Assembly: GCA_977016875.1 (NCBI GenBank)
Contig: CDRNST010000302.1
Coordinates: forward strand, 310,001-374,000
Direction: 5' to 3'
DNA: 64,000 nucleotides
DNA from: Pavona decussata
Lineage: Eukaryota
Under the pieces are notes generated by a model. That model worked only from the letters and a program-made list of their open reading frames with translations, had not been told where the DNA came from and searched no databases. The translations under genes were made by a program, and so were the position numbers. Positions 35,401-48,103 of this stretch are shown in pieces. Within the stretch, counting starts at the first letter, position 1, and each line of letters starts with the position of its first letter.

Positions 35401-36444
35401 CCCAGTGAAGGGATTGACAACTCGACAGGGTCAGGTGGCGATGATGATGAGCCTCTGACGAGTACAGTGGATGGAAATGTTGATGAAGTTGTTCAGAACT
35501 TGACACGCCAGGTAATGTCTCTTTCTGTTGCATCACCACCTGCGCAGCCTTTGGCCCCATCCAGGGCCAATGTGCCATCAACACCATCATGTCCATCGCC
35601 TCAGAGAAGGCCTCCCCACTGCAGTACCTGTGGTCATCTCAAGCAAGGCCATCAGAGACCAGTGTCACAGCGAGCAGTTGGTAAGTGCCCCGTTTGCCCT
35701 TCTCAGTCGTGCACCAGACATGGGCGTATTTTGCCTTGTCAATGTGCTTGGTGTTCAAGACAGTCACAAATAGGCATTAATCCACCCATCTCTTCTCTTC
35801 CACAGGGACCAGTTGTCAGGGAAACACAGATAAATCCAGATGTGACCGAGTGGCTGATTTCTTTTTCACAATCAACTGTAACCCCTGGGCAAATGGGTAG
35901 CAACGCATGTACCATCATTTCTGTGTATGGGGCTGTCAATTTTCTTATGCCTTCAACAAACTGGAGTCTGCCTTCTCCTCACAGTTTGCCTTTGGAATTT
36001 GTCAGCATGTTTAAACAACTTATGATTTATGGCAACCATTCCTACAATGGGATTGGTAACCCGCAAGCCACTTACAGTGCACCTGAAATTATTAATCATC
36101 CTCAACTTGGTTTTTCAGGGGTTGTGAAATGTGGGGATGAATATCAATTCAACAATTTTACTTCTTTTGCAGGTGAACTTCAACATCTTGCTGCAAGACC
36201 TCAACATTCAAAGCTTGCAGCAGTGATAATCTTACCACCTGATAAAACGATGCTCTTGCTTGTAGGTAGATGTGGTGAGTCGGTACTCATGGAAAGTCAC
36301 ATGCACGGTAATGTTGGTGCAATTATTGCTTCTGCAGGTCCTCACAAATTACATGAGATGGCTCTGTACATTGAATTCATGGCAAGAAGAGACTGGGCCT
36401 ATAATTCCACCCCATTTGACATGACTATTGTTGAGTTGTGCTGA
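32474..36444 (+). pseudogene. Damaged spliced gene for an Academ/DUF6589-like transposase fused to RING, Zn-knuckle and papain-like peptidase modules (exons ~32474-32741, 32847-32921, 33427-36444)
   Basis: Phase-1 GT-AG introns. Core motifs PADWPGQ, LGPLHVDLN, FHRKNYNK, DEYFVE. C-terminal CDKSGC..GCWHSFHLCC..CPIC, CSTCGH..H, GSNACT..ESHMH. T-run disruption at ~32520 and frame switches at ~33760-33855. Confidence 0.55.
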
Positions 36445-37065
36445 GCAAACTAAAATGTGCAACAGGGTACCAATTTTTTTTTCAAGCAAATTTCCTCTTA
36501 AATACTATAATTTCTCCTTTTCGAGGGTGGCAAAGGGGTTCTGCGGGACAAGTGATCAGCCCCAAATTAGCTGCGTGATGCGTAATTGTGCCCAAATTAA
36601 CTGCCCAATGTAGGATCTGACATCACAACATGATGCATGATCTCTGATACATGAATGTTACCTTTTCCTCTTGTGTATTTGTTGTCTCCTGTGTGGTTTT
36701 TCCTCCAAATTTAGAGCGATTATAGCTATTTTCATACAAATACTCATATCCTGCACTGTTCTGTAAATACAGGTGCTCCTATTACAAACTTGGACTACCT
36801 GTACAGATACACTTGACAGAATAATTTTTACTCCTCTGTGGTGCATTTCTTGAAAGCTGGTTGGATTATCATCCCTTATTTACATGACGCGTGTCTCTGA
36901 TGTGTGCTTGGTACCCCCTTTGCCACCCTCCTTTTCTCTTTTCCTTTCACTACAGTAATCATTCATCTTTCTTGCTTCATTCTTCTATCATACTTCATTC
37001 TTGCAAATCTCTCTTTTATAATAATATTTATTTTTATAAATTTTAGTAAGTTGCAAAATGATAAA

Positions 37066-37234
37066 TAGGGACCAGTCACTATATATGGAGGGGGAGGGGG
37101 AGGGTCATCAATAGATATTGAATTAAGAGGGGGGCACTTGCCATTTTTAGGCCTAAAGAGGGGGTTTGTGGCAGAAGTGTTTATCTTTATCTTTCGATTA
37201 ATTTTTTCCTACACATGTAATGACCGGTCCCTTA
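37066..37234. mobile_element. Short MITE
   Basis: TIR agggaccagtca / tgaccggtccct. Confidence 0.55.
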
Positions 37235-40200
37235 GTTCGTTGAATTACTTGTCATGATTATATTCCTTGTTTTGCAAATTATTTTCAACATTAATCAATA
37301 AATTATTTTGTTACATTGTTTCAGATGTCATCCAAAGTGAGTTTGTAAGTACAGCATTAAGGTTCACACAGCATGCAACTGGCTGAGCTCAATGTTTAAT
37401 ATCATTAGCTGGCAAACCCTTAAGGCTGGGTTACATGACTCTATGTGTATTTTGACACTCAATTAGTCAAAATAAATTCATAAAAATCTGCTGTAAGGAA
37501 CAGATTTTTATCATGTTGAGCACACCAAGCAGGTTTGGCACAGTGATGACAGTGCTTGCCTCCCACTAAATTATGTTGCCTGGATTTGATTCCCGGATGA
37601 ACCACCGTGTGTGGGTTGAGTTTATTGTTGGTTCTCATTCTTTCCCCAAGGGTTTTATCCTCTGTAAAGACAAAAATATTGCTTGCAGGTTTTTGTTGCT
37701 TTCTGGTGTTTCTTTTAATTGTTTCAAATTTTCAGCAGTTCAGGAAAAATATAATTTATTTATCTATATTTATTAGTCGTCCCAGAAATGTCTTTCTGTG
37801 TATTAAGAACAAGTATCATTTTTAATTCACCTTTAATACTCCTGAACCTGTCATGTGGCTGTGTACAGTGTACAAAAAGTTAACCTTTCAACTTGCACCT
37901 AATTTCAGTCAGGAGCCAGGGTAAAAATAAAAAACCCTCAATTCACTGAACATCCAAGACAAGTCCAGGCCCACCTTTGCCAATAACTTGGAATTAATAT
38001 TATTCTTTTGTGAACATTTCTATTATGGCCAACATTATTGGCTAATAAATGTTTAAATAATTATTATTATTGAGACAAAAATATTTTATGAAGCTAATGG
38101 CAAGTCAAGGCAACCAGAAAATCTTTTAGCATGAAGGGTATTGCCCATTCATGAAAATCTTACCTAGACTTTAAACATTTTATGAGGCAAGTGTCCTCCA
38201 GAATGCCCACTTTTCAAATTCTGGCTAAAAGCATACAACCCTGAGAAAACTGCTCTAGCCAGGTGCAAGATAAAAAAGTAATGTTTTGACACGGCATTTG
38301 TAGAGTATAGGATCCAAATCACATGCAAAAGTATCCCATTTTATAATGTCTAATTTATATGCCGCATTTAAGCTATGGCGAATAAGGCGAATGTATAAAT
38401 TCAAGCAAACAGCAGAACAGCTGTTTCATTTAACTGATTTTACACCAAACAGGCTAGGGGCATGGTTTCAGGTGTAAAGGTTTAAAATCAAACAGTTGCA
38501 AGTTGTTGCTCAAATATGGCAAATTGGGTCAAAGCTTGTAATTAAGTTGCAATTGCCGCAATGAAATATTGTCATTTTTCAATCATTATGTACAAGGTAG
38601 CACTTGTACAACATTATACTACTATTTATTCTTGAAATAAAAGCAGATGTGCCCATTTGATACTGTCAGGTGCATGACTGTATATTAAAATTTTAAAGTT
38701 TTTAAAACAGTCAAAACTGTACAAATGTAAATAAGTTGCACTCACTGTGCTTTTTATCTACACAATAATTTATTGTAAATTAGTGAGACCATGCAATGGA
38801 CAGATAACTGATGAGAATTTAATTTCATTGTACAAATTGTAAATATGAAAATGTAAAATTATCTATTAATTTAGCAATATATCTTGTGAATAAACATTGA
38901 CATATGGAAACGTGTAATATATTTTAGATGGATTAAACAGAAATTTCTGGTAGAGATTTCTTGTTGTGTATATTGGATCCAATTAATTATAATACATGTA
39001 AAGCTAAAGGAAATTCAGGCTAATTATTCAGAAATAAAACATTTTGTATTGCTAAATCCAGTTTTGTTATCGACTGCGAGCGCTGTTTAGTTTCTTAATT
39101 GCGTTGATAGTATAAAGGGACGAAGTAGGATTTGTTGACAATGTCAGAGCTCGTGTCTGTTCGATGATTCAATTCTCAAGTGCATAATTTGTGGCCAAAC
39201 AATACATCACTTTGATACAATACTTCGCACGCCTTGCCACTTTAAAGAATAAGCTTTCGAAGGAGATAGATTCATGGCAAATATTTCCCTTTGCCATTTA
39301 AAGCGATCCCTGGACCACACCTTTGTTATTGAGATTTGACCATTTTTAACCCAGACAGTGGCGAGATATTATCTTTTTCGGGAACGAAAATTTTAGCTGC
39401 GCGTAAGACAAAGGTCATTATTGTTTACATTTCAGAGAAAGTGGACAAAAAGACTACTTCATCGAACTTCAAAATTACATATTTACAATACAGGGGCTTT
39501 CGAGGGCCAAAATAAAGTTAATTTACGGATACGATGGTAGAAAAACAAACATGGCTTGGTGGCTAAACTAAACCACTTTTCTGCCCAGACGAGTAGAGAA
39601 CATGAGCTCTCGGTATGAGCTATGCCACTTTAGATGGTAATGTTTCTCGGCAGATCCTATCTATGGCTCATAATCTTTGTTCAGTTAAACTGCGTTCCGT
39701 GGACCACGGTTCAAGACAAAAGTCTTGCACAGCTAAACCAAAAGTTTTTTATTTATAAAAAAACGAAATAACTCACTTGTCGATTTTGAGAAAGGTTCTC
39801 GCGTTCGGGTAGATTGCATCTAGTTAGACCGAGAAGACAAAGTAAATTCACACCAGAATACATTGTCACTAACCTCGATTCATTTCACAGACTAACTTTA
39901 AGCTGTGACACCAGGGTGATGATTACAGCCCATTTACGAGTGGCATACCATTTCTGAATCGCATCTGATTCGCAAATTTGCATTTCATACATTTCGAGAC
40001 CGTAATATTCTTGTAATGAAGACACAAATCCAAATGTAAGTCCTGGTTCCAAATAGTTTATTCCATAACAGCAATCATTCTTGTCAACTACATCTTCAAA
40101 AACAAACGTACACTCAGCTGAGAAGGAAAATCTTTTGCTGCTCCTCACAATTCGTGAAGTTCTCCGAGACCACCACGTTTCTTGATCTTCAGTTCACAAG

Positions 40201-40401
40201 CTTGTTTACCTTTCTCCGAAGAAACGGACTTATGAACGTAGAAGCCTTGCATTAGTTTTTCAGACACCAGTCCATCTTCTTTCAATACTTTCGCCCTTAG
40301 CTCAGAAAACACCATTTAAAACTTGTTGAAAAAATACGCGCAATGGCGACGACACAGCCATATTCCTGCGTTCTAAGTCCGTTGGAATACCATTTTGACT
40401 A

Positions 40402-40665
40402 AATAAAAAGGGAAAGGTAAAATATAGTTCTCGAAGACGAGTGTTCAGTGCCAATATGTAGAAATTATTCCAGACGTTTCGGGCTTAGCCCTTCATCAGT
40501 GGAAAAAGATTTACGTTTTCCACTGATGAAGGGCTAAGCCCGAAACGTCTGGAATAATTTCTACATATTGGCACTGAACACTCGTCTTCGAGAACTATAT
40601 TTTACCTTTCCCTTTTTATAAGTACAAGTGCCACGCAGCTAACGGAAATTTTCCCGTTAAACTTT
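40402..40665. mobile_element. Penelope-like pLTR insertion with inverted duplication and 14-bp TSD
   Basis: Perfect 104-bp inverted arms 40403-40506 and 40516-40619; taccattttgacta is duplicated at 40388-40401 and 40666-40679. Confidence 0.85.
40516..40555 (+). ncRNA. Minimal type-I hammerhead ribozyme (mirror copy on minus strand 40467-40506)
   Basis: ttcca-CTGATGA-a-gggc taa gccc-GAAA-cGTC-tggaa: stem I, conserved core, stem II, short palindromic stem III, GUC cleavage triplet. Confidence 0.75.
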
Positions 40666-40779
40666 TACCATTTTGACTAGTTTGCTGGTGGCGTCAGCGC
40701 ATGCGTCACATTAGTCCCCTTTGTTGGCTCGATAGCCATCAGAATTCTATTTTACAATGTATTGCACATCATCGGATTT

Positions 40780-41766
40780 GGAGACGAACTCGGATCAAAA
40801 AGACTCAGGAATTTATGTTATTGCTGTATGCGAAATGGAAGCCGAACAAGAATAATCCCACTTATCACAATAGAGATTACCAAAAACCTCGAGTACGTGA
40901 TTCCAGCGATGACGAAGCTGAAGGTTTTTGCTGACGGCCAACTGGTGGATGTAGAATGGACAGCGAGATACCAAGAGAGAATGAAGGCCAACAAAGACCT
41001 CGAAAGTATTCTAAAGGATCGATTACAGGTCATGCAATACAGAAGTTAAGAAATGATAAGATTCACCTGAGTGTTTACATTGTTTTCGCACCTGCTTTGG
41101 TCATGCATTTTTTAAAATATTATACGTATTGGCATGCTTTCTTCTCACGCTTATACGTCAAATTATTTATCCGCCAACATAACGTCACTGTACTTTAGAT
41201 GCAAGTGTGGAAATTGTGGCGTCGCTTCGTTACACCAAATGCAAAGGTTGTTGATCAATCAGCGGTCGTTTATTGCCTGCTTTCGCAGAAGTATGTACTG
41301 TTGGGAGAGCGGCAACCCCGAAGCTGTCTCGCTTTAACTCTTTCTTTAAACTCTGATTGCGACTGGCGAGCCAGTAAATTATAAACCTTACTCCTTCTTT
41401 GAACTCACGCCACGACTGGCGAGCGGTCAAATCACTAAATTATAAACTTTTCTCGTTCTTTAAATATTACTCATTCTTTACACTCCAAACGCGACTGCCG
41501 AGCCAACTGTCTAACAAACTTAACCCACCTCTTTCTTCGTTCGTTTCTTCGCCTCTGCCCGCTCATCGCCGTAAAAACGCATTGTACGAAGCGCTATTCC
41601 ATCCTGCAAGTTTCTAATGTTACTGCAATCTCCTATGACACATCTGCCCGGCATATTTCGGGCCACTATTGATCTAACTTTCTAAAAGAAGCAAGTGAAG
41701 AGTTCGAAGTCAGTTTTTGTGTCCTCGAAGTGACGTCAAGGCAGCGACGAGACCCATGCTCCTTAA
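40780..41766. mobile_element. Kolobok-like DNA transposon relic (KolX-like remnant on +, THAP-domain start on -)
   Basis: + strand: FADGQLVDVEWTARYQERM...RCKCGNC. - strand: from 41654 MPGRCVIGDCSN (THAP-like). The right end reads cc|TTAA at 41763; a left TIR was not found. Confidence 0.5.
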
Positions 41767-42345
41767 ACCTCGGTCGTGAGCCAAAATGGCGGCGTTTCTT
41801 GAGCTAATGCCCGTAAAAAGGGAAGATTGAAAAAAAAAATCAAAACATGCTTTCGCAGGAATACTCACCAAAATATGAAGATCTTTTCTTTTCTTTTCTT
41901 TCTATTTTTATTCATTGAAAGTGAGCAAAGAAATATTTATATAATCTTGTTATTTTGTCAATAAATTTGTATTACGCGTCGTATCATTGCGATGTCACGT
42001 GATCAAACAAAATAGCCCACGCAATCAATTTAGTCTAAAAATTGTGATATAGGAGAGAAATATTACTCTATAAAACAATAATGATATTCACAGCCAAGAA
42101 GGCCAAATAGATAGGTTAAACTGGAACTTTTCTTCTTTCCTTTCTTCACTCGACAGTCTCATAGGACTGACAAACCTGTGTCCCTCAGATTCCAGATCAA
42201 ATTGAATTTGGAAAGTTGGAAATGTGATCTACATGAAATAAAGTTGAAATGTGAGATAGAAAAGTGATATCTTTGTACCTTTTCGGGTATAAACTAAAAC
42301 AGGGAGTCTGAGGAATTTGCTGATAAATCAGTTCTGCAAAATGAT

Positions 42346-42627
42346 CAGAGCGATTTTCAATTGAGTGTCGAAAGTAATTTCGTGTTTCCTTTGGTTTTGC
42401 ATTACTACGCTCAGCGATTGGTAAGCAAAACTCGAACCACTGTCTCAAACAATGGGAATCTAAACCAAAGCCAATGTTTTGCCGCACGCGTTTTCCCGCA
42501 CTTGGCGCCAGTTACATGTATTTGCTTCGAATTCTGATTGGCTCGTTGTGTTGTTTACATCTGTTGTGATTGGCCAGAATAATAACTTTGGTTTTGGTTT
42601 TACGACACTCAATTAGAAAACACTCTA
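42346..42627. mobile_element. MITE (~280 bp)
   Basis: TIR agagcgattttcaattgagtgtcg / cgacactcaattagaaaacactct. Confidence 0.7.
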
Positions 42628-42723
42628 TACTCTTTATTTGTTTTTATCATTCAGTTTGTTTGTCATTCACTAGGACTTTGTGAAGGATGAACAAATTGCC
42701 CCGAATGCTCGTCAGAAAATGTG

Positions 42724-43100
42724 AAAAGAAAGTCAAAAGGACTACTGCTAGGACTGATCAAACGACGTGAAATGGCTTGAGTGTACGATAATTTGACTGG
42801 CCAATACCATTCTTCACCAGCCGGCCGCACTTGAGCCGCTAGGCATTAACAAACGTGACGGGCTATAACCTGCTACTATATATAGTACAACAATTTGCTT
42901 ACCTTACCACACCATGCTACGTCAAATCGTATGTACTTCCGCTTATTATTTTACAACATATATATTCTGTGAATTTCTGAGTTCTCCTAATAAACCTGAT
43001 GAAGACTGGTATTGGCCAGTCGAAATATCTTACACTCAAGTCTTTTCATGCTGTTTGATCAGTCCTTGCAGTAGTACTTTTAACTTTCTTTTCTATTTTA
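42724..43100. mobile_element. Older Penelope-like pLTR remnant with inverted partial copy and degenerate hammerhead core
   Basis: CTGATGAagactgg-tattgg-ccagtcGAAA at 42996-43025; diverged inverted copy at ~42724-42820. Confidence 0.6.
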
Positions 43101-44545
43101 GTAGATTTTTACTGATCACGATCTTGTTTGATCCCACGCTGTGCAAGATTGATCGTTCATGGTTTTTTTAATGCAAGTTACACCCTTGAGGGAGAAAATA
43201 ATCTGGGCGTGGTTCAAGCTTTACTCAACCCCTAAAAAATGATTGTATAAATGATGCGCATTTTTGAAGACGATAAAATGAAAAGAAATCTTTGCTGGCG
43301 CTCGACACTAAGAGATACCTGGATGACTGAAAACATCAGCATTCCGTTCTGAACGACCAAAGTGATCCCAAAATGGGAAATTTTCACCCATAAGCGAGAC
43401 GATAAGCATCTCCATTCTTTTCCGCCGACAAACGAGTTCCCCTACTAATAATTGTCTGCAATTGTCTGTGAATAACTGCAGGAGTAAAGTCTAATATGGC
43501 AAGAGCTAACATTGTCAGCTGTATTCAAGGGCTTATGAAACAACTGCTATTCTGAGAGGAGGAAACATAACAGTACTCCTGCTTGATCAAAACAAGCATT
43601 TTTATAAGGATTAAAAACATCTTAGATTGACTGTAGACACCGGCCAGCTGACCTAAACTTCGAGAAAACAATGTCGACAATAAAAGGGCCGACTTAACTT
43701 GTCTAAGTAAAGAAGACTTCAGGTCTAAATTAGAAAGAGCTGTTAGTCAAAGGCAAAGTAAATGTCAGTATACTTGTAAGCGTTATTAAACTACACGTGC
43801 ATCTTGAATTCGGAATATAATCGGAAAAAAATCCTCTCTCCCTGTTCAGTCTTCGCCATATTATCTTTTTTTTCTCCTTTCTGTTTGGATGCCTAAAGAG
43901 GTTACAGACCTCAACAGACTAAGCAATCTATCACTGACAGACCGCCAAAGAGAAGCCATTTCACTTATGCTCTCTACGGCTCCATCAACAACTGTTCAAA
44001 TTTCCATGGAGAATAAATCAAATCTTACCTTGTGGAAAAATTAATTCTCGTTAAGTTAAATAATAAATAACATAAGACGCTAACAGGAGGAGAAAACGTT
44101 CAAGGAAAATTGATATTTCTCCAAAGTAGATGCTACTTGAGTAGATTATAGAGCCGACTACAAGTTAAGCTCATATTTGTTTTTCACGGGGAGCACAAAA
44201 AACTGAAAAATCGCTTGGGGGAAGGCGCAGCGTGAGCAAGAGAAGGGATGAGAGTTCAACATCCTTGCTGGAGGCTACTTGATAAGAAATAAGAAACGAA
44301 GGACTCTGAGAAATCCTTTCTAGATTAAAGCCTGGAAATTTAAATTGGGTACGATCTAAGGCGAGGAGATTTTACAGAATGATGTCTGAATCATGCTCAT
44401 CTGAGGTATTGCAGGCCTATCAACCTCACGTTCAGTCTCGTATCCAGAGTCCTCAAGCAATTAACTCTACTTAGTACCTACACCTCGCCAAGCAACCAAC
44501 TGCTGGCCAAAGAGTAAAAAGAGCCCCACTTTTAAAACAGCCATT

Positions 44546-44647
44546 GTGATAGGCTCAATTACCAGCATCTATTCGAGAAATGAGCCTGCGCTCACCCGCG
44601 GAGAAAAATCGGATCCGAGCGAGCACCGGAAATTGAGCCTATCACTG
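44546..44647. mobile_element. Small MITE inside a ~265-bp segment absent from copy A
   Basis: TIR gtgataggctcaatt / aattgagcctatcac. Confidence 0.6.
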
Positions 44648-45884
44648 CGATGGGCAAATTGAAATAAAGGAACAGCCAAGGGGCCTGGCCAAGCTTACTT
44701 AGCAGGAAACACTCTGTCTTGCTCACCCTCATGAGAAAGCCATTTTCACTATGGCGTCATTTGACTACAACTGACAGAATCCTTCTGTTTTTTTGTTTGT
44801 TTTTTGCTCTCCACTGGGATTCAAAAAAATGAATTTGTAGTTGTAACCAAATGACGCCATTGTAAAATTGGCGTTTAGGAGTCAAGTAGCCCCGGCGCTT
44901 CTGACCCTATACACCAGACTGAAATGAATCAGTTCAATCGAGTAAATTAACTATTAACCTCCCCCCTCCACATTGTAAATTGTTGCCCTTAGTAAGATAA
45001 GGTTACGCTTTAAAGGGAATCACTGTTAAACGAAGTTGCAAGGAAAAAGAAGAATAGACAAAGGTCTGTATAGTGAGCAGTTGGATTAATTAATGCGCAA
45101 AGTCTGGCGGGGACGCGCAAAAAGTCCATGGTGAGTACTAAGCATACGAAGCTTTCTCTCTTTTCAATCGAGTCAGCTTCTCGCAATTTCCCCAACAGTT
45201 ACCATATGAAAAATTGAGGCGCCAGCTATGCGGGCTAAAGAAGCAGTATGGCACGCACGAGAGGTTTATGTCCGAAGAAAAGAGAGGAAGCTTTCGTCCT
45301 TTTCCGTATCATGAGACCGCCTCGTAATTCAGTGATATCGTTCCTTGTATATGCTAAAGAGAAGGTTTGTGACACGCAAGATTTCATGAACAAAGGACTT
45401 TTGCCCAAAGCAACGGAAAAGATGGCGCTGGTACATTTACCCATAATTCTTAGCGTGAGAAAACCCTTAAAACGCTAATAAAAGCGCACAAAAAAAAGTT
45501 CTCAAAACTTTAAACCCAGCATATATGTTAGTACAAACGCCGATACTGTAAAAAACGCTTTCTATGTGCCTATTAACTTTGTCGGGCTCGCAACGTCTTG
45601 TAGTTTAAGTTTCTGTAGAGTGGCTGATGACAAGCCAGGCCAGGCCAAATGGCAACCGGCTCATAAAGCTCAAAACCTCGTGTTAAATTAGCTAGCTACG
45701 TATGAAACAATCGCACACCTGGCGAGCTCTGGCTCTGACGACAGACGCTCTCACACAGAGTCTTCGTTCCCCTCGACTAGCGGTCGGGAAACGAGCGACC
45801 CTGGGAAGATCCGATTTGAAGTTCGAAAATATCGGACTTCCGGTTGAATTGCGCAAGCCTAACAAAACGAAAATAAAAAAAAAC

Positions 45885-46017
45885 ATGGCGAGCTGTTGCA
45901 GAAGGTGTACATTTTGCATTAGAAGATTTTGGAAGGGAAAATGTTAGTCTTAGGGATAAACAAATGCAGATACTAAGGAATGTTAATGTGGAGAAGAAAG
46001 ATGTCGTAGCCGTGCTG

Positions 46018-46048
<31 letters not shown>

Positions 46049-46380
46049 AAATCATGCCACCCTTCGCAGATTTCATGGATTCTGGCTTCAGACCGACAGA
46101 AACTAACTCAATTGTATTAGTTATATTACCTCTTAATGCGCTTATAAGGGACCAGGTGACTAAGGTGAGAGAGTGCGGTTTGAAAGCGTGTATTCTTAAA
46201 GCCGATCGCGTGGCTTTAGATGGAGAGGACGACGATGGAGAACAAGTTAGTTTATCTGAGCCACTGCAAAACCTGAAGAACTTTCAATTGATCTTTGCTC
46301 ACCCGGAAGCCCTAGTTGATGAGAACAAAGCAATTATGAAGCTCCTGAAATGGACAGAACTTCAAAGGCGTATGTATGCT

Positions 46381-46412
<32 letters not shown>

Positions 46413-48069
46413 CTGGTATGCATGTGAATTTTATTATCAGACTTCATATTGCTTTCTTAATTATACTTACCGTAATCAAACTACACCTTAGTCATACTGT
46501 TTCCTTACAAGGAGTACGGAATGATTTATATGTAAATTTTATATTCGTATTCTAATTATTCAAGGGCACACTTTAATTGAAGTCTCACTCTGCCGTGTGT
46601 CCCTCGCCATTGTATTTTCTTGGTCGGTGAAAGCTCAAACAAAAAAAATAGATAAACAAATAAATACATCTCTTTTGACCATTGTTTTGTGATATTCTGT
46701 CTTTTCAGTTTCAGTCTGCAAAATGACTTTAATGCAGACGAATGGTGATTTATTTGCAGTAAAAACCATACCTGGGACACAGGCAGCTGCTAACATTTTA
46801 AACTACCATCTGGCCAAGACATTTTTTTTTAAATTAAATTAAATTAAATTAAATGTGTCTAAAATGATTTCAATGGAAATAAAGTTTGACATGCCTGAAG
46901 CTTTCATTCAAGTTGCAGGGGCCTCATGTCATATAATTTGCAATGACCTTCCAATTAATAAATTCTGGAAAGTCCAATGATGTTGACAAAACGTGCATTA
47001 CAGTTATACTATAGCTTTAATTCTTACCGGGTAATATTGAGGAATTTTTTTCCAATGTTGTATTTCTTGTTATGGAAAGCTTGTCACACTGGGAAGCATC
47101 TTCCCAAGAGTACCTTGGCTTTGGCTTACAGCCACTGCAACGGAAAAGGCCAGAACAGAGATTATTGACTACCTGGGCATGTTCAACCCAGTTTTAATTG
47201 TTGCCTACCCAGACAGACCAAACATCTAAATTTTTCGTCATCACCCAGACCAGACAGAGAAGATGATAAATTTAATACAATCTTGAGTCCTCTCGTGGAA
47301 GCATTAAAGAAAGAAAGAATGCAATTTCCACTTACTGTGATTTTTGGCAATTTGGAAACTATTTCGTCATGTTATGCATTTTTTAGCTATGTATGGGAAA
47401 AGAGCAATATGAGCCCATTGGTACCCCACCCAAGCAGAAAACAGGTTGTTTACATATGTTCATGCACAGAACTCTCTTAGAGAAAAAGAAAGAATTATTT
47501 ATGGCCTCACCTTTGGAACTACTAAACTCAGAGTTATATTTGCCACTGTGGCCTTCGGTGTAGGATTGGATGTGAAGGATATCAGACAGATTATTCACAT
47601 AGGTGTACCATGTTCAATGGAGGAGTACTTCCGGGAGGCAGGAAGGGCTGGGAGAGATGGCCTTCCATCAAAGGCACACGTGTTTTATAATTCCTATGAC
47701 ATTTTAAAAGTCAGAAAAAATATGTCCCCAGTGATGCAAAAATATGTACAATCTGATAAGTGTAAAAGAGAGGTGATCATGGGATACTTTGGACTTACAC
47801 CGCTGCCGTGTAATTCAGATCAACTAGTACATAGCTGTTGTGACTATCATGAAAAGCTCTGCAAATGTGAGGACTGCTTACTTTACACTGTTGCATCTAT
47901 GATGGACCCTCCATCGACGGACGAAATTACCCAAACACGTGAAAAGGAAATCCAACCTCGCTCCAGCCTGACTTCTGAACAAAAATCCAAACTCAGTTGT
48001 GAAGAACTTGCAAAGTTCAGGCTGTCACTACCTGGTCATGGCTGTCTCGTTCACTTTTGCAGCGCTTAA
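45885..48069 (+). pseudogene. RecQ-family (SF2) helicase pseudogene carried by the AcademH-like element
   Basis: VLPTGFGKSL (I), ILPLNAL (Ia), VVDEAH (II), LTAT (III, ~47125), FATVAFGVGLDV (V), EAGRAGRDG (VI), CKR..CCD.H Zn region; stop at ~47228 and frameshifts. Confidence 0.8.
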
Positions 48070-48103
48070 ATCGAATGACCGATTTTTGCTGTACTGTGGA
48101 CCT

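Noticed and set aside
36523-36931. 16-bp inverted repeat gagggtggcaaagggg as a terminus of the transposase-like element
   Set aside because: Both arms lie downstream of the gene, with no partner upstream and no TSD seen
45885-48069. Functional host RecQ gene
   Set aside because: Stops and frameshifts, bounded by TIRs and a TSD, and absent from paralogous copy A
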